From assembly GCA_036502945.1 (NCBI GenBank), contig DASXXR010000303.1, positions 1 to 51,791 on the forward strand: a stretch of DNA of 51,791 nt, in the 5' to 3' direction. A program made the translations under genes and the position numbers. How positions within the stretch are numbered: the first letter of the stretch is position 1; each line of letters starts with the position of its first letter. Source of the stretch: Paraburkholderia sp. (lineage in GTDB: Bacteria; Pseudomonadota; Gammaproteobacteria; Burkholderiales; Burkholderiaceae). Shown one piece after another: positions 10,322 to 20,956 of this stretch. The notes beneath the pieces were generated by a model. It did no database searches. It saw nothing but the letters and a program-made list of their open reading frames with translations, and was not told the DNA's origin.

Positions 10322-11248
10322 ATGAAGGAGTATGACCGGGAATCCGACGCCATGTCATTGGCCGCACGGCAGCGGCGCTTCGAGGAAGATCTCGTCGACG
10401 CGTACGACGAGGAACTGGAAATGGAGGTCGACGACCGCATGCTCGACGGTGCGGGCGTGTTTTCGCCGGAAGCGCGCGATGCACGCAAGCAATATTTCCG
10501 CGAACTGTTTCGTCTGCAGGGCGAACTGGTCAAGCTGCAGGACTGGATCGTGCAAACCGGCCACCGGCTTGTCGTGATCTTCGAAGGCCGCGACGCCGCG
10601 GGCAAGGGCGGCGCGATCAAACGGATCACGCAGCGGCTGAATCCGCGGGTGTGCCGCGTCGCCGCACTGCCCGCGCCGAACAACCGCGAGCGCACGCAAT
10701 GGTATTTCCAGCGCTACGTCAGCCACCTTCCCGCCGGCGGCGAAATGGTGCTGTTCGACCGCAGCTGGTATAACCGTGCGGGCGTCGAGCGCGTGATGGG
10801 CTTTTGCAACGACGACGAATACGAAGAGTTCTTCCGCTCGGTTCCGGAGTTCGAAAAAATGCTGGTGAGAAGCGGCGTTCAGATCGTCAAATACTGGTTT
10901 TCGATTACCGACGAAGAACAGGAAGTCCGCTTCCAGGCGCGCATCCAGGATCCGCTGAAGCAATGGAAGCTGAGCCCGATGGACCTAGAAAGCCGGCGCC
11001 GCTGGGAAGCGTACACGCAGGCCAAGGAAGTGATGCTGCAGCGCTCGCACATCGCCGAAGCGCCGTGGTGGGTCGTGCAAGCGGTCGACAAGAAACGCGC
11101 GCGCCTGAACTGCATCCACCATCTGCTGACCCAGATGCCGTATCAGGAAGTCGAGCATGCGCCGATCACGCTGCCTGAGCGCGTGCATCACGACGACTAT
11201 ATCCGGCAGCAGGTGCCCTCTGGGATGATCGTGCCCGAACTGTACTAG
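10322..11248 (+). CDS. ppk2: Polyphosphate kinase 2
   Basis: FEGRDAAGKGG, FDRSWYNR, WKLSPMD. Confidence 0.95.
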   Translation: MKEYDRESDAMSLAARQRRFEEDLVDAYDEELEMEVDDRMLDGAGVFSPEARDARKQYFRELFRLQGELVKLQDWIVQTGHRLVVIFEGRDAAGKGGAIKRITQRLNPRVCRVAALPAPNNRERTQWYFQRYVSHLPAGGEMVLFDRSWYNRAGVERVMGFCNDDEYEEFFRSVPEFEKMLVRSGVQIVKYWFSITDEEQEVRFQARIQDPLKQWKLSPMDLESRRRWEAYTQAKEVMLQRSHIAEAPWWVVQAVDKKRARLNCIHHLLTQMPYQEVEHAPITLPERVHHDDYIRQQVPSGMIVPELY

Positions 11249-11364
11249 CTACGAACGGTTCAAGCGAAACAGAGTGGTTCTGCACTGCGCCCCAAGGGTT
11301 GGACACTTGTCCGCACGCTTGGGGCGCAGTTCATTTTGGGCCGCGCTGCATGCATGCCCAGAAC

Positions 11365-12951
11365 TCAGAACAGATTACGGAACAACCAATACAGGCCCGC
11401 CGCGAGCGCGATCGATGCGGGCAGCGTCAGCACCCACGCAAGCACGAGGCTGCGCACGGTGTTCCATTGCAGGCCCGAGCCGTTCGCGGCCATCGTTCCC
11501 GCCACCCCCGACGACAGCACATGCGTCGTCGAGACCGGCAGCCCGTAGACGTCCGCGGCGCCGATCGTCAGCATCGCCACCAGTTCGGCCGATGCGCCCT
11601 GCCCGTAGGTCAGATGCTGCTTGCCGATTTTTTCGCCGACCGTCACGACGATCCGCTTCCAGCCCACCATCGTGCCTAGCCCGAGCGCAATCGCAACGGC
11701 AACCTTGACCCACGTCGGAATGAACTTCGTCGCGTTGTCCGTTTGCTTCCTGAAGTTGTCGATGGCCTTTGCGTCGTCGGCGGCGAATGCGGGCTGCTTG
11801 GCCTTCCCCATCAAACGGATCGCTTCGGACGCAATGTACATGTCGTTGCGCACGTTATTGACGTTGTCCTGCGGTACGTTCGCCATCGAACCCGACGCGC
11901 CCACCTGCTGGCCGATGCGCTCCGTCAACTGCTGCAGTGCGGGCACGGTAGCCGGCGTGAGCTGACGGGTCTGCACGTAGTGTTCGACCTCGCCGCGCGG
12001 GTCCGCCGACTGCGGTGCGCCGTTCGTGTATTTGCCGAGCGCGGTCGCGGCCTGCTGCGAAACGGCGAGGAACGTCTGCGTTTGCGCGGGCGTGACGGCC
12101 TTGTTCAGCGCATACGCGGTCGGCACGGTGCCGATCAGGATCAGCATGATGAGGCCCATGCCTTTTTGCCCGTCGTTCGAGCCGTGTGCAAATGAAACGC
12201 CGGTGCAGGTCAGGATCAGCAGCGCGCGGATCCAGAACGGCGGCGGCTCCTTGCCCTTCGGTTCCGTATAGAGCGCCGGCACGCGGATCACCGCCTTCAA
12301 TATGAGCAGCAATAACCCCGCCGCCAGAAAGCCGACCAGCGGCGAGAACAGCAGCGATTTGCCGACGCCTAGCGCCTGATTCCAGTCGACGCCGCTCGTG
12401 CCCGACGCGCCGTGCAGCACCTGGTTCATCAGACCGACGCCGATGATCGAGCCGATCAGCGTATGCGAGCTGGACGACGGCAGACCGAAGTACCAGGTGC
12501 CGAGATTCCACACGATTGCGGCGATCAGCAGCGCAAACACCATCGCGAAGCCGGCGCTGCTGCCAACCTGCAGAATCAGTTCGACGGGCAGCAACTGCAG
12601 TATCCCGAACGCGACCGCGCCGGACGAAGTCAGCACGCCGAGGAAGTTCCAGGTGCCCGACCAGACGACCGCGAGATTCGGCGTCAGCGAATGCGTATAG
12701 ATGACGGTGGCGACGGCGTTCGCGGTGTCGTGAAAGCCGTTGACGAATTCGAAGCCGAGTGCGATCAGTAACGCGACCCCAAGCAGCAGATACGGGAGGA
12801 AGGTCGCATGTCGCACGGCCTGAAGATCGTCGATCAGCTGGGTCGCGCAATAAACGGCACCTGCGATGATGACGAGCAGAAAGATGATGAGGCCGACACT
12901 GCGACCTCTACCAGTTGAGGAACCCGATTGCGGGTAGGAGAGTTCCGGCAT
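11365..12951 (-). CDS. pit: Pit family inorganic phosphate transporter
   Basis: NGFHDTANAVAT, GLPSSSSH, HGSNDGQK, LPVSTTH. Confidence 0.93.
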   Translation of the reverse strand: MPELSYPQSGSSTGRGRSVGLIIFLLVIIAGAVYCATQLIDDLQAVRHATFLPYLLLGVALLIALGFEFVNGFHDTANAVATVIYTHSLTPNLAVVWSGTWNFLGVLTSSGAVAFGILQLLPVELILQVGSSAGFAMVFALLIAAIVWNLGTWYFGLPSSSSHTLIGSIIGVGLMNQVLHGASGTSGVDWNQALGVGKSLLFSPLVGFLAAGLLLLILKAVIRVPALYTEPKGKEPPPFWIRALLILTCTGVSFAHGSNDGQKGMGLIMLILIGTVPTAYALNKAVTPAQTQTFLAVSQQAATALGKYTNGAPQSADPRGEVEHYVQTRQLTPATVPALQQLTERIGQQVGASGSMANVPQDNVNNVRNDMYIASEAIRLMGKAKQPAFAADDAKAIDNFRKQTDNATKFIPTWVKVAVAIALGLGTMVGWKRIVVTVGEKIGKQHLTYGQGASAELVAMLTIGAADVYGLPVSTTHVLSSGVAGTMAANGSGLQWNTVRSLVLAWVLTLPASIALAAGLYWLFRNLF

Positions 12952-13255
12952 GGCCTATACCTCCCAGAATGGTCGCGTGATTGGTTGATCCTGCGGCGCA
13001 AGTGTGTCGTCAGGATGACAATGGCGTGACGGGCGGGGGCTGAAAGAACGGACGAATACGGGACGCAGCCCGTTGGCAATGCTCATCGGACAGTAAAAAT
13101 GCATGGTGATTGAAATTGATAGCAGAACGAGTTATCGGGTTCGGTAGCAGGGCAATAAACTGGTAAAATTTTCAGTGCAGCGCGTGCTGAATACACCTTG
13201 GCTCGTCGTGTGCGTTGTCTCTCCGAATTCCCTAGGCCCACTGCGCAGGTGGTAA

Positions 13256-14347
13256 ATGGCGTTAGAAACAAATCAAACGGCTGGCCAGGGCAAGCGCTTT
13301 GTCGCGCGCATTTACCGTCTCCGCGTCGCGGGCCTGGGTCTCGGTTTCTTCTGCGTCGCTTCAGTTTTTCTCGAACAACAGCGCGGCATCTTGCTGTGGA
13401 GCCTGCTGGTCTTGCACGCTTTCATCTGGCCGCATGTCGCGCGCCGCGCTGCGCTCGCGTGCGTCGTGCCGTATCGCGGCGAGCGCCTCAACCTGATGAT
13501 CGATTCGCTGCTGGGTGGCCTGTGGGTCGTCGCGATGCGTTTTAACGTATTGCCGAGCGTGCTGATTCTCGCGATGCTGAGTATGGACAACATTGCAGCA
13601 GGCGGCATGCGTCTGTTCGTGCGCGGGCTCGGCGCGCATTTCGCCGGAATGGCGGCTGGGGCGCTTGTGCTCGGCATCGTGTTTACCCCGATGTCGCGGA
13701 TGGCGACCATCGTCGCCTGCCTGCCGTTTCTGGTTGTCTATCCGCTCGCCCTCGGCTGGTCGACTTACCGGATGTCGCAAGAGCTCTCTGCGCGCAAGAA
13801 GGAGCTTGAACATCTGAGCCGCACCGACGGCCTCACCCAACTCTGGAACCGGCGCCATTGGGAAGGCCAACTGGCCGAAGAGTTCGAACGCTGCTGCGCG
13901 AACCGCTATTCGTCGTGTCTGCTGCTGATCGACCTCGACCACTTCAAGCAAATCAACGATACGCTCGGCCACCCCGCCGGCGACGCTGTTCTGCAAGCAT
14001 TCGCCGATCTGTTGCGCCGGCATTTCAGGGCGGGCGACAGCATCGGCCGTTACGGCGGAGAGGAGTTCGGCGTCGTGCTGCCGGGCGCGACACTACGCGA
14101 AACGCAGGCGATCGCGAAGGATCTGTTGCTGCGGGTTCGTGCACGGTCGAAAGAGCCGGGTGCATCCTGTCCTTGCACGATCAGTGCGGGCATCGCGCAG
14201 CTCGCGCCCGACATGCCGGACTACCATACGTGGCTGCTCGAGGCCGACCGCAGCCTGTATCAGGCGAAGGCGCAGGGGCGCGACCGCATCGTCGTCGCGC
14301 GCGTGGCCGCCACGGTATCGGCACCGGCCGATAAAGAGCAGACCTGA
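13256..14347 (+). CDS. Diguanylate cyclase (MASE2-GGDEF, AdrA-like)
   Basis: N-terminal TM region; DGLT.L.NRR, DLDHFKQINDTLGH, RYGGEEF, with an RxxD I-site (RAGD). Confidence 0.9.
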   Translation: MALETNQTAGQGKRFVARIYRLRVAGLGLGFFCVASVFLEQQRGILLWSLLVLHAFIWPHVARRAALACVVPYRGERLNLMIDSLLGGLWVVAMRFNVLPSVLILAMLSMDNIAAGGMRLFVRGLGAHFAGMAAGALVLGIVFTPMSRMATIVACLPFLVVYPLALGWSTYRMSQELSARKKELEHLSRTDGLTQLWNRRHWEGQLAEEFERCCANRYSSCLLLIDLDHFKQINDTLGHPAGDAVLQAFADLLRRHFRAGDSIGRYGGEEFGVVLPGATLRETQAIAKDLLLRVRARSKEPGASCPCTISAGIAQLAPDMPDYHTWLLEADRSLYQAKAQGRDRIVVARVAATVSAPADKEQT

Positions 14348-14395
14348 CGGGCGAGGCAGTGTAGCGGATGCCGGTCTTCGGTAAGCCGTTGCGGC

Positions 14396-15439
14396 TTAAG
14401 CCGCCAGCGCACGCCCCGGGGCGATGCATCGCAGTGTTACACCATCGTGCTGTTCATGCATAAGCGGCCCACCCGGCAGCGGCTGCCCAAATAGCGAGCG
14501 CTGCGACGGCACGGGCCCGACTGCGTAGCCGCGCCGTTCCCACGCGTCGAGGCCGCCCTTGATAGCGCGAACCCGCTTATAGCCCTTGTCGCGCATCTGT
14601 TGCGATAGCATGCGCGCCGTTTCGTCGTCCTGACACACGCAATAAACCACGGTGTTGCGGGCGACGAGCGCTACGTCGACCTTGTCGAGCGAAGCGCGGT
14701 CGATACTCATCACCCGCGGCAGCCGATACGGCTCCTGCTGCCGCACGGGTTCGGGGCGCGCGTCGAGAATCATCGGCGGCAGCGCGGGGCGCAACATCGC
14801 TTCGAAGCGCTCCGGCGTGATTTGCGCAAGCGTGAACGGCGGCTGCAGGCGCCACCGCTGCACGAGTCGATAGAGCAGATAAGTCGCCGCGAGCGCGACA
14901 AGGACATCGACGACGGTCCCGCCATGCGCTCTCACTTCAGAGAGCAACATGCGCAGATGCCGCTCGAACAGCGCACCGCCTAGCAGCCAGAACGTCGCCC
15001 ATGCGGTGACGCCGAGCCCATCCCACGCGAAGAAAATCACCGGATTGACACGCGTCGTGCCCATCAGCGGCGGCGTGATGATCGCGAGACCCGGCACGAA
15101 CTTCGATACTGCAACAATTGCGGGCCCGAACCGGACGAACAGCAGGCGTGCTTTCCTGATGCGGGATTCGACGGCGACAGACAGCCGCGCGAGACCATGA
15201 ATCAAACGGCGTCCGAACACGCGCCCTGCGGTGAACCAGACAGCGTCGCCCGTCAACGCGCCGAGCACCGCCGCAGCCAGCACATGCCAGAACATCAGCT
15301 TGTGGTCGACGATGGCAACCCCCGCGAACAGCAGCAGCGGCACAGCGGGAATCGGAATGCCAAGGCGCGCCAGCAGCACGTTGAGAAAAACCAATGCGCT
15401 GCCCCACGTCGATATGGCCGTAGCCGGAAGTTCGATCAA
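14396..15439 (-). CDS. DedA/VTT + rhodanese-domain protein
   Basis: GIPIPAVP, GDAVWF..GR, SKFVPG; C-terminal VVYCVC and KGGLDAW; TTG start. Confidence 0.8.
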   Translation of the reverse strand: MIELPATAISTWGSALVFLNVLLARLGIPIPAVPLLLFAGVAIVDHKLMFWHVLAAAVLGALTGDAVWFTAGRVFGRRLIHGLARLSVAVESRIRKARLLFVRFGPAIVAVSKFVPGLAIITPPLMGTTRVNPVIFFAWDGLGVTAWATFWLLGGALFERHLRMLLSEVRAHGGTVVDVLVALAATYLLYRLVQRWRLQPPFTLAQITPERFEAMLRPALPPMILDARPEPVRQQEPYRLPRVMSIDRASLDKVDVALVARNTVVYCVCQDDETARMLSQQMRDKGYKRVRAIKGGLDAWERRGYAVGPVPSQRSLFGQPLPGGPLMHEQHDGVTLRCIAPGRALAA

Positions 15440-15527
15440 TTGAGTTCCTCCTTGCGTGCCGCTGAGTAAAGCGGAAGGAATATGCGCGGATTATTGTTGC
15501 ACGGATGCGTGTGCAGCGCAGCTTGGC

Positions 15528-17540
15528 CTAGTGCGCGGCTGTCGCGATCAGTGTCACCGGAATGCCCTTGCATCCGACGCTGCTCGATACCTCGAACGCT
15601 CGCCATTCAGATTTTCCCGTATCGGACACCACCGGATCGATTTGCCGGTCGGCGCGCAGCACGTTGAACGGCCACGACGGACGCATCAGCCGTTCGTGCA
15701 CGAGCGAGCCGAGCCAGATCGGCGTCGGGGCCGCGCCTGCTGTGCGTTGCACTGCATATTCGGTCGGCCAGAAGCGCAGCACGTCACGCTCGTCGCGCCG
15801 CTCGCGCTGGCGGGCGAAGACCAATGTCGAAGGTTCGCCGTCGTTCAGTTTTGGCAGAACCGGTAAGTCCATCGCGGGCACGTCCGGCGAGATCAGCGAG
15901 AACAGGCTGCGTGTGGACACGCGCGTTCCGGCAACCCAGCCCCTGCTGAGCAATTGCGCTTCAATTTGTTGCGGGTCGGCGGACCACTGCAAGGTGATCG
16001 GTTCGCGGTGGTCGCCTGTGAGGTCCGAGCGATAGCACGGAAAAGTCTTCCAGAGAACATCCGTCCATTGCGCCTGACTCACGACGATCGGCGGGCGATT
16101 CACGGCTTCCGGCATCGCGATCGAGCGAAGATGGAGCCGGTATTGCAGCCCGACGCTCGTGCAGATCACGACCAGCACCACGGCGGGCATGAACGGCCGC
16201 GCTGGCGGCACTTCGGGACTCCACCAGATGGCAGTCAGCGCGACAACGGCGACCCAGATGGCCGCGAACGCAGCGCCGCCTATCGCATCGGAAAACGAAA
16301 ACCGGCTCGAGTAAAGGTCCGCGAAAGCGATCGCAACGATGATCGCGATGCTGAGCCCCGTGGCCACGATGCCGAGAAACGCGCCGGAGCGCCGCGCGAT
16401 GACGAACGCGAAAAACCCGTAGACGATGACGCTTGCGGCGACATGATTGCTCGGAAACATGTAGGCGGACGAACTCGCGTTCCATGGCGGCGCGCGATGA
16501 ACGATGAACTGGATCGCAAAGATCAGCAGTTGCGAGAACACGACGGCGGTGAGCCAGTAGACGACCGTGCGCCAGCGGCGCTCGTAGGCCATCCAGAGGA
16601 CGCCGGTCGCGATCAATGTGGACAGGGTCGGCACCGTGCCGAGCGCCGTGACATGCGACAGCACGTCGCTGGTCCATGGCGAGCGCACCGATTGCATGAA
16701 CCGGTAGACCGACATGTCGACATGCACGAGCGGGTTGCCTTGCACGACGTCCTGCAGCACGCTGAAGAAAATCGCAGCGAACAGCAGCATGAACACCGAG
16801 ATCACGATGATGATACTGGTGCGTCGACCTTTCGGCTCGACGATGCCCAGCACGAGGCCGCCGACGGTACCGGGATGCGCGCGTGCCCATCGTGCGATAA
16901 CGTCGCGCGAAGCGATGGACCACGTGTGCGCATGCGAGACCAGGACGCGCGTGACGACGAAGATCAGCCAGACGACGCCGACGACGATCGCGAGCGCGGC
17001 GACGAGCCGGAACGACACGTCGCCCGCAAGCTGGATCGATGCGCCGAACACGACGCCGGGCAGGATATGCGCCGGCGCCCAGAGCAGCGCGGACAGCAGG
17101 TTCATCGCATAGAAGCGCGCGGGCGGCATATCGAGCATGCCCGCGACGACCGGCACGATCGCACGCAGCGGCGCCGCGAACCGCGCGAATATGACGCTCT
17201 TGCTGCCGTGCTTCGCGAAATACTGGTGGCCGTTTTCCAGCAGCTTCGGATGCGAGCGGAACGGCCATAGTCCGGCAATCGTGTCTTTGTAGCGATGGCC
17301 GATCCAGTAGCTCATGCCGTCGCCAGCTACTGCCCCGGCGATTGCGCAGACCAGCAGCCATCCGAGATTCAGTGAGCCGGTGCCCACCAATGCGCCCGCG
17401 ATGAACATCGCGGTGCTGCCCGGCACGAACGTTCCGACAAAGGCTACGGCTTCGAAAAACGCGGCCAGAAAGACGATAGCCAATGCCCATCCAGCGTGCC
17501 CCATGAGCAGATGCAGAAACTGGACGTACGCATGCTCCAT
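15528..17540 (-). CDS. DedA - PAP2 - LssY C-terminal multidomain membrane protein
   Basis: DedA motifs (VPGS, GDGMSY, ARF), FPSNH PAP2-like motif, soluble C-terminal domain; GGAGA RBS before ATG 17540. Confidence 0.8.
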   Translation of the reverse strand: MEHAYVQFLHLLMGHAGWALAIVFLAAFFEAVAFVGTFVPGSTAMFIAGALVGTGSLNLGWLLVCAIAGAVAGDGMSYWIGHRYKDTIAGLWPFRSHPKLLENGHQYFAKHGSKSVIFARFAAPLRAIVPVVAGMLDMPPARFYAMNLLSALLWAPAHILPGVVFGASIQLAGDVSFRLVAALAIVVGVVWLIFVVTRVLVSHAHTWSIASRDVIARWARAHPGTVGGLVLGIVEPKGRRTSIIIVISVFMLLFAAIFFSVLQDVVQGNPLVHVDMSVYRFMQSVRSPWTSDVLSHVTALGTVPTLSTLIATGVLWMAYERRWRTVVYWLTAVVFSQLLIFAIQFIVHRAPPWNASSSAYMFPSNHVAASVIVYGFFAFVIARRSGAFLGIVATGLSIAIIVAIAFADLYSSRFSFSDAIGGAAFAAIWVAVVALTAIWWSPEVPPARPFMPAVVLVVICTSVGLQYRLHLRSIAMPEAVNRPPIVVSQAQWTDVLWKTFPCYRSDLTGDHREPITLQWSADPQQIEAQLLSRGWVAGTRVSTRSLFSLISPDVPAMDLPVLPKLNDGEPSTLVFARQRERRDERDVLRFWPTEYAVQRTAGAAPTPIWLGSLVHERLMRPSWPFNVLRADRQIDPVVSDTGKSEWRAFEVSSSVGCKGIPVTLIATAAH

Positions 17541-17861
17541 TGAATTCTCCCGATGTTCTAGTACGGTATGGGACAAGCGTGCGCCGTAGGGTTCTTCTGG
17601 CGATGCCGGCTCCTAAAGTCTATCAGTCTAAGGGCATTGGGCCCTGGCGCGCAGAGGAGCCGCCGGCATCGCGCACGGCAGGCAAGTCGCTCTGGCTGAT
17701 GAACTGCCGGTTCTTTAGCGACATTCGGAAGCGATGGCGGCAGCCGCGAGTGTTACGGAAAATTTCAGACTCACCGCTTGTGTTCACCACGCGTTCACCG
17801 TGATTATTCGTGCTGCCAATGTTCTTTCAATAACCATGCAAACCCGTAATCAAAAGTTCAT

Positions 17862-17888
17862 TTAAGTTTTGAACATGGACGCCGTTTA
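17862..17888 (+). promoter_or_regulatory. Putative sigma28 (FliA) promoter
   Basis: TTAAGTTT-N11-GCCGTTTA versus consensus TAAAGTTT-N11-GCCGATAA; upstream of the MCP remnant. Confidence 0.45.
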
Positions 17889-17999
17889 CCAGCATTAAGC
17901 AGTTGTTCTATCAAAGGCAGTTCGCCTCTCAGTCAATCCCGGCGTTTCGCGAAGCTGTGCAATTGTTTGGTCGCTGCGCCGCATTGAACAGCATGAGTC

Positions 18000-18161
18000 G
18001 TGAAGAAAACGCGTCGATGGAAGCCTGGCGCGGGCAGTTGCGTGCTGTTGCTGATTTGCCTTCTGTACCTTCTCCAATACTCCGACCGCGTCAACATCGC
18101 GACTGCCGCCGGCGCGATCAGCCACGATCTGCACCAGACAGTTAGGCGGCGAACCCCGTGA
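18000..18161 (+). pseudogene. MFS transporter N-terminal fragment
   Basis: Manual translation MKKTRRWKPGAGSCVLLLICLLYLLQYSDRVNIATAAGAISHDLH matches TM1 (DRxNI) of ACS-type MFS, then runs into MCP-derived sequence. Confidence 0.6.
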
Positions 18162-18787
18162 AGCCGCGGAACTCGCGGAGGCCATTGCAAACGGCGACGT
18201 CGGGGTGGCCGTGGGATTGAAAGCCGGGGACCGGTCAAGCCTGATGTTTTCCCTAAGCACGATGAAAGATCAGCTAAACGCGATCGTGCGCGGTATCAAG
18301 AATTCAGCGTGTCCATATCCGCTTCCGCAGACGAAATTGCGCAAGGCAACACGGATCCTTCACAACGGACCGAAGAGCAGGCTGCATCGTTGCAGGAAAC
18401 GGCGTCAAGCATGGAGCAATTGACCGCGACGCTCCGGCAGAACTCCGATAACGCAAAGCAGGCGACTTCGCTTGCGACCGCCGCATCGACAGTGGCTCTG
18501 CGTGGCGGCGACGTAATCGGCGTGTGGTTGACACTATGCACGGGATTTCCGACAGTTCGGCGAAAGTTTCTGAAATTATCAGCGTGGTAGCGGCGTCGGA
18601 TGAGCAGAGCAGTGGCATCGAACAGATCAATCGTGCTGTGACGCAAATGGATGACGTGACTCAGCAGAATGCGGCGCTAGTCGAACAGGCGTCGGCAGCA
18701 GCCCATTCGATGGCGCAGCAGGCTCATGACCTGCTCGGCGTGGTAGCGGTGTTTAAGATCGACGGCATGCGGCAAGCACTTTACTAA
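18136..18787 (+). pseudogene. Methyl-accepting chemotaxis protein pseudogene
   Basis: Three out-of-frame pieces: [40 protein letters not shown], and [26 protein letters not shown]; N-terminus and signalling hairpin tip missing. Confidence 0.85.
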
Positions 18788-19060
18788 ACCGAAACGGCAA
18801 CAGCCTACGTCGTTGTAATCCAAAGAGGCTTGCCGTTCTGTTAAAGACGGCTAACGGTTTGACGCCGTGAGCGCGCGATAACCCCAAATAACGCGCACTT
18901 CCACCGCGTTGCGCATATTTAGAATATGCCGTTAAAACGGCTATCGGCAGCGCTTGCTAAGCGAAATCCTGTTGTTATTACCTTACTTTACGTTCAAAAG
19001 ATAGCACTTATGGCTATATCCATGGCATAGTCCGCCTATGTCAATCAACTGGGAGATGAG

Positions 19061-19732
19061 ATGGCCACATTGGAACAGATCCAGGCTCGCATGAAAAAAC
19101 TGCAGGCCGAGGCGGAGGCGATCATGGCGAAGCGGTCACGCGGTGCGCTGGATCAAATTGCAGAACTGATGCACAAGCACGGGCTTACCACGCAGGACAT
19201 CGAAGTGCGCGCCAAAACCGGCCGCAATCGTGCAAAAGCTAATGGGATCGGGGCAGCCGCAGGTAAGTTCAAAGCGGTGGGCGCAACCAAGGGCAAGCTG
19301 CCGCCGAAGTATCGCGATCCCAAAACGGGCGCCACGTGGAGCGGCCACGCCCGGCCGCCGGCATGGATCAAGAACGTAAAAGACCGAACCAGGTTCTTGA
19401 TCGATGCCGGCAGCGCGGCAGCCGAAGCAAGCGTTGCGACTAAGGTTAAACCCGCTGGCAAGAAGGCCGCAGCAAAGAAGACCGGTAAAGCTGCGAAGAA
19501 GGTCGCACGGAAGGCCGTGAGTGCGAAAGCAATCGGCAGAAAGGCGGCTGCAAAGAAGGTGACAGCAAAGCGGGCTGCCCCGGCTTCGGCCAAAAAGGCA
19601 GCGACGAAGAAAGTGGCGGCAAAGAAAGGGGCGGGCAGAAAGTCGGGTCGCGGCGCTAAACCCGCGGTGACGTCGACTAAAGCGGTCACGGTGGCGCCGG
19701 CAGCGGCCAATGGCGCCGTCGCGATGAATTGA
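19061..19732 (+). CDS. H-NS family nucleoid protein with Lys/Ala-rich tail
   Basis: N-terminal coiled coil; PKYRDPKTGATWSGHARPPAW DNA-binding motif; long KKAA/AKK tail. Confidence 0.9.
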   Translation: MATLEQIQARMKKLQAEAEAIMAKRSRGALDQIAELMHKHGLTTQDIEVRAKTGRNRAKANGIGAAAGKFKAVGATKGKLPPKYRDPKTGATWSGHARPPAWIKNVKDRTRFLIDAGSAAAEASVATKVKPAGKKAAAKKTGKAAKKVARKAVSAKAIGRKAAAKKVTAKRAAPASAKKAATKKVAAKKGAGRKSGRGAKPAVTSTKAVTVAPAAANGAVAMN

Positions 19733-19886
19733 CCTGGCCGGCGCGCGGTGCCCAGCGTCACCGCGCGCGGTAAGGCAAGCTGGCAGTCGATGGGGCGAAG
19801 CGGCAAGTATCCGTCGTTTAGTCGCCGGCTAGTCGCCGGTTTTGCTTCGCGGTTTGCGTTGATCAAATTCGATGCTTACGCATCGT

Positions 19887-20531
19887 TTATCGGGTCTCGG
19901 GAAAGACGGCCCGCCCCTGCGTGATATCGCGCAACGCGTCTTGGGCGCCGCCCAGCGCGGTAACGGGCATACGGATCGTGAGCTGGACGCCCATGCTGTA
20001 CGCGCTACCTTCCAGCACGTAATTCTCCTGTTCGATCCAGCGGCGCACGCGCGCCTCGTCCGGATATCCCATTTCGACTACAAACGACGCAACTGCGATG
20101 CGTTCTATGCGAGGCGCATCTTGCAGCGCGCTAGCAATCGCATCGGTATAAGCGCGTACAAGACCGCCGGCTCCGAGCTTGATGCCTCCGTAGTAGCGCA
20201 CGACAGCGGCCAGCACGCCATCCAGGTCGTGGTGGCGCAGCACTTCGAGAATGGGCCGGCCGGCAGTGCCGGACGGCTCGCCGTCGTCCGACATGCCGGA
20301 CTGACCGCCTGCGAGCAGCGCCCAGCACACATGCGTTGCAGCGGGATGTGCTTCGCGCAGGCGCCGTAACTCGTCCATTGCGGCGTCGCGGTCGGCAACG
20401 GGAAGCGCATAAGCGATAAATCGGCTTTTGCGTATTTCGAGTTCCGCGGTTAGAGCGGCGGGGAGCGTATAGGTTGGCAAGGCAGGTAATCGATTGATGA
20501 AGCGCAAAGGAGGCAAGGTGCCCATTTGCAA
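19887..20531 (-). CDS. IMPACT/YigZ family protein
   Basis: EIRKSRFIA, ATHVCWA, DDGEPSGTAG.PIL, VVRYYGGIKLGAGGLVRAY; true start probably ~50 nt downstream. Confidence 0.9.
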   Translation of the reverse strand: MQMGTLPPLRFINRLPALPTYTLPAALTAELEIRKSRFIAYALPVADRDAAMDELRRLREAHPAATHVCWALLAGGQSGMSDDGEPSGTAGRPILEVLRHHDLDGVLAAVVRYYGGIKLGAGGLVRAYTDAIASALQDAPRIERIAVASFVVEMGYPDEARVRRWIEQENYVLEGSAYSMGVQLTIRMPVTALGGAQDALRDITQGRAVFPETR

Positions 20532-20956
20532 TGTTAACGGATGCGGGGAGCGCGGTTAAACCGCGATGTCAGTGAAGAAATCCGTCGCCGTATTCTGGGG
20601 GATTTAGTAACGGTGTCTTGTCAAGTTGTGTAATGACGCGAGCCCGAATGCGCCCGATAATCGGTCAGGTGACGGATCTAGCTTCTGGCTGGAGCGAAGT
20701 CGGATTCCTCGTCCGGTGATCCGTCATCTCCCTTTCTCTAAAGCGCGGTTTGAAGACTTTGACGATGACCGCGCGGCCGCCGACGATATGCTTCATCCGC
20801 TCAGGTGTTAGCGTATCCGCTCTGATTCCGCAACGCAGATGCCAAGGAAAGGACAATGCGTGCGGCAAGACACGCATCCGTATAGAAACGGCGCAGAAGC
20901 CGTATCGAAACCTCACGGCTGCGCTGTTGACCGCACGGCACTCCCACGCTGAACGC

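Noticed and set aside
20626-20811. 61-aa ORF between yigZ and P1
   Set aside because: TTG start, no convincing RBS, no GG leader or family motif; cannot be supported
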